A DNA stretch of 11,240 nt from Candidatus Falkowbacteria bacterium (GTDB lineage: Bacteria > Patescibacteriota > Patescibacteriia > CAIXNZ01). The position numbers and the translations under genes are program-made. Position 1 is the stretch's first letter; every line of letters starts with the position of its first letter. The notes below the pieces were generated by a model. That model did not search any database. It was not told where the DNA came from and saw only the letters and a list, made by a program, of their open reading frames with translations. Below are positions 10,577 through 11,240 of this stretch, piece by piece. The DNA is taken from the NCBI GenBank assembly GCA_903920975.1, contig CAIXNZ010000090.1, positions 1 to 11,240 of the forward strand, read 5' to 3'.

Positions 10577-11240
10577 ATGAATAAGACAGAAAAATATAAA
10601 AATCTGCCTTTTGTTTTGGTTATTTTGGATGGCTGGGGCATTGCGCCAGCTAGTCCGAGTAATCCGATTTCCTTGGCTAAAACGCCCAATATGGATAATT
10701 TTTTGAAATTTTATCCAAATACAGAGCTAATAGCTTCTGGTGAAAAAGTTGGATTAAAAAAAGGCGAAGATGGCAATTCTGAGGCTGGCCATATGAATAT
10801 TGGAGCAGGCCGGATAGTTATGCAAGATCAGATGGCTATTACAAAAATGATTAAGAATAAATCATTTTTCAAAAATGAAGCCTTACTGTCTGCCATAAAA
10901 CATGCCAAAAAATACAGATCAAATATTCATGTCATGGGTTTACTTTCCAACGGCCAAAGCGCCCATTCTGATCCGGAACATTTGTATGCTCTTATAGATT
11001 TTTTCAAGAAACAAAAATTTCATAGAATTTATTTTCATCTTTTTACTGATGGTCGCGATTCTCCTCCGCACGCTGCCGCACGATTAGTCAGCAAATTGAT
11101 AAATAATTTTAAAAATAAAGAAATTATTTCAACAATCATGGGCAGATTTTATGCCATGGATAGAATAAAAAAATGGACCAGAACCGAGGCCGCGTATAAT
11201 GCCATGGTTTTGGGAAATGGATTAGTCTCTGATAATCCAT
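10577..11240 (+). CDS. gpmI: 2,3-bisphosphoglycerate-independent phosphoglycerate mutase, N-terminal part (runs off the window)
   Basis: Hand translation gives MNKTEKYKNLPFVLVILDGWGIAP...GNSEAGHMNIGAGR...HLFTDGRDSPP, which are iPGM hallmark motifs. It is absent from the ORF track because no stop is reached before the window end. Confidence 0.88.
   Translation, partial: MNKTEKYKNLPFVLVILDGWGIAPASPSNPISLAKTPNMDNFLKFYPNTELIASGEKVGLKKGEDGNSEAGHMNIGAGRIVMQDQMAITKMIKNKSFFKNEALLSAIKHAKKYRSNIHVMGLLSNGQSAHSDPEHLYALIDFFKKQKFHRIYFHLFTDGRDSPPHAAARLVSKLINNFKNKEIISTIMGRFYAMDRIKKWTRTEAAYNAMVLGNGLVSDNP

Noticed and set aside
10489-10689. 66-aa minus-strand ORF
   Set aside because: It overlaps the gpmI start region and element E3 in antisense and has no SD. 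The gpmI reading frame carries unmistakable iPGM motifs.
1-11240. Alternative genetic code (UGA recoded, as in some CPR lineages)
   Set aside because: rsmE and pgk terminate at TGA at positions consistent with full-length homologues, and no core gene needs read-through of TGA.

Overview
AT-rich bacterial window using the standard genetic code (TGA is used as a stop and all long ORFs are intact). By inference it comes from a reduced-genome, CPR/Patescibacteria-like organism. Core genes are all on the + strand: a [NiFe]-hydrogenase large subunit (2744..4009), rsmE, a Cys-less hypA-like gene, pgk, a 71-aa ORF, a SIMPL/DUF541 membrane protein, eno, and the 5' part of gpmI, which runs off the right edge. 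Two accessory islands of very small, self-contained expression cassettes sit among them. Each cassette has a perfect TTGACA-17 nt promoter, a strong GGAGG Shine-Dalgarno and its own rho-independent terminator. Island 1 (about 50..2610) holds a leftward 3-gene operon (wHTH-like protein, zinc-ribbon protein, and an unannotated 42-aa basic peptide), a 74-aa acidic ORF, and two tandem paralogues of an uncharacterised ~150-165 aa family. Island 2 (8669..10518) is wedged between eno and gpmI. It holds a 63-aa charged protein, a 103-aa 3-TM protein and a third paralogue of the same family. Four observations stand out. (1) A conserved ~170-190 nt structured 5' leader occurs twice in island 2 in front of unrelated ORFs, and it pairs an anti-SD mimic (GACCTCC) with the SD (GGAGGTC). 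(2) The paralogue cassettes have non-coding flanks far better conserved than their coding regions. (3) Three composite palindromic elements clamped by GCGAAAAC...GTTTTCGC sit at island boundaries. (4) The hydrogenase large subunit is an orphan with no C-terminal extension, near a HypA that has lost its zinc domain. Product calls rest on motifs I recognise by eye. No database search was possible.
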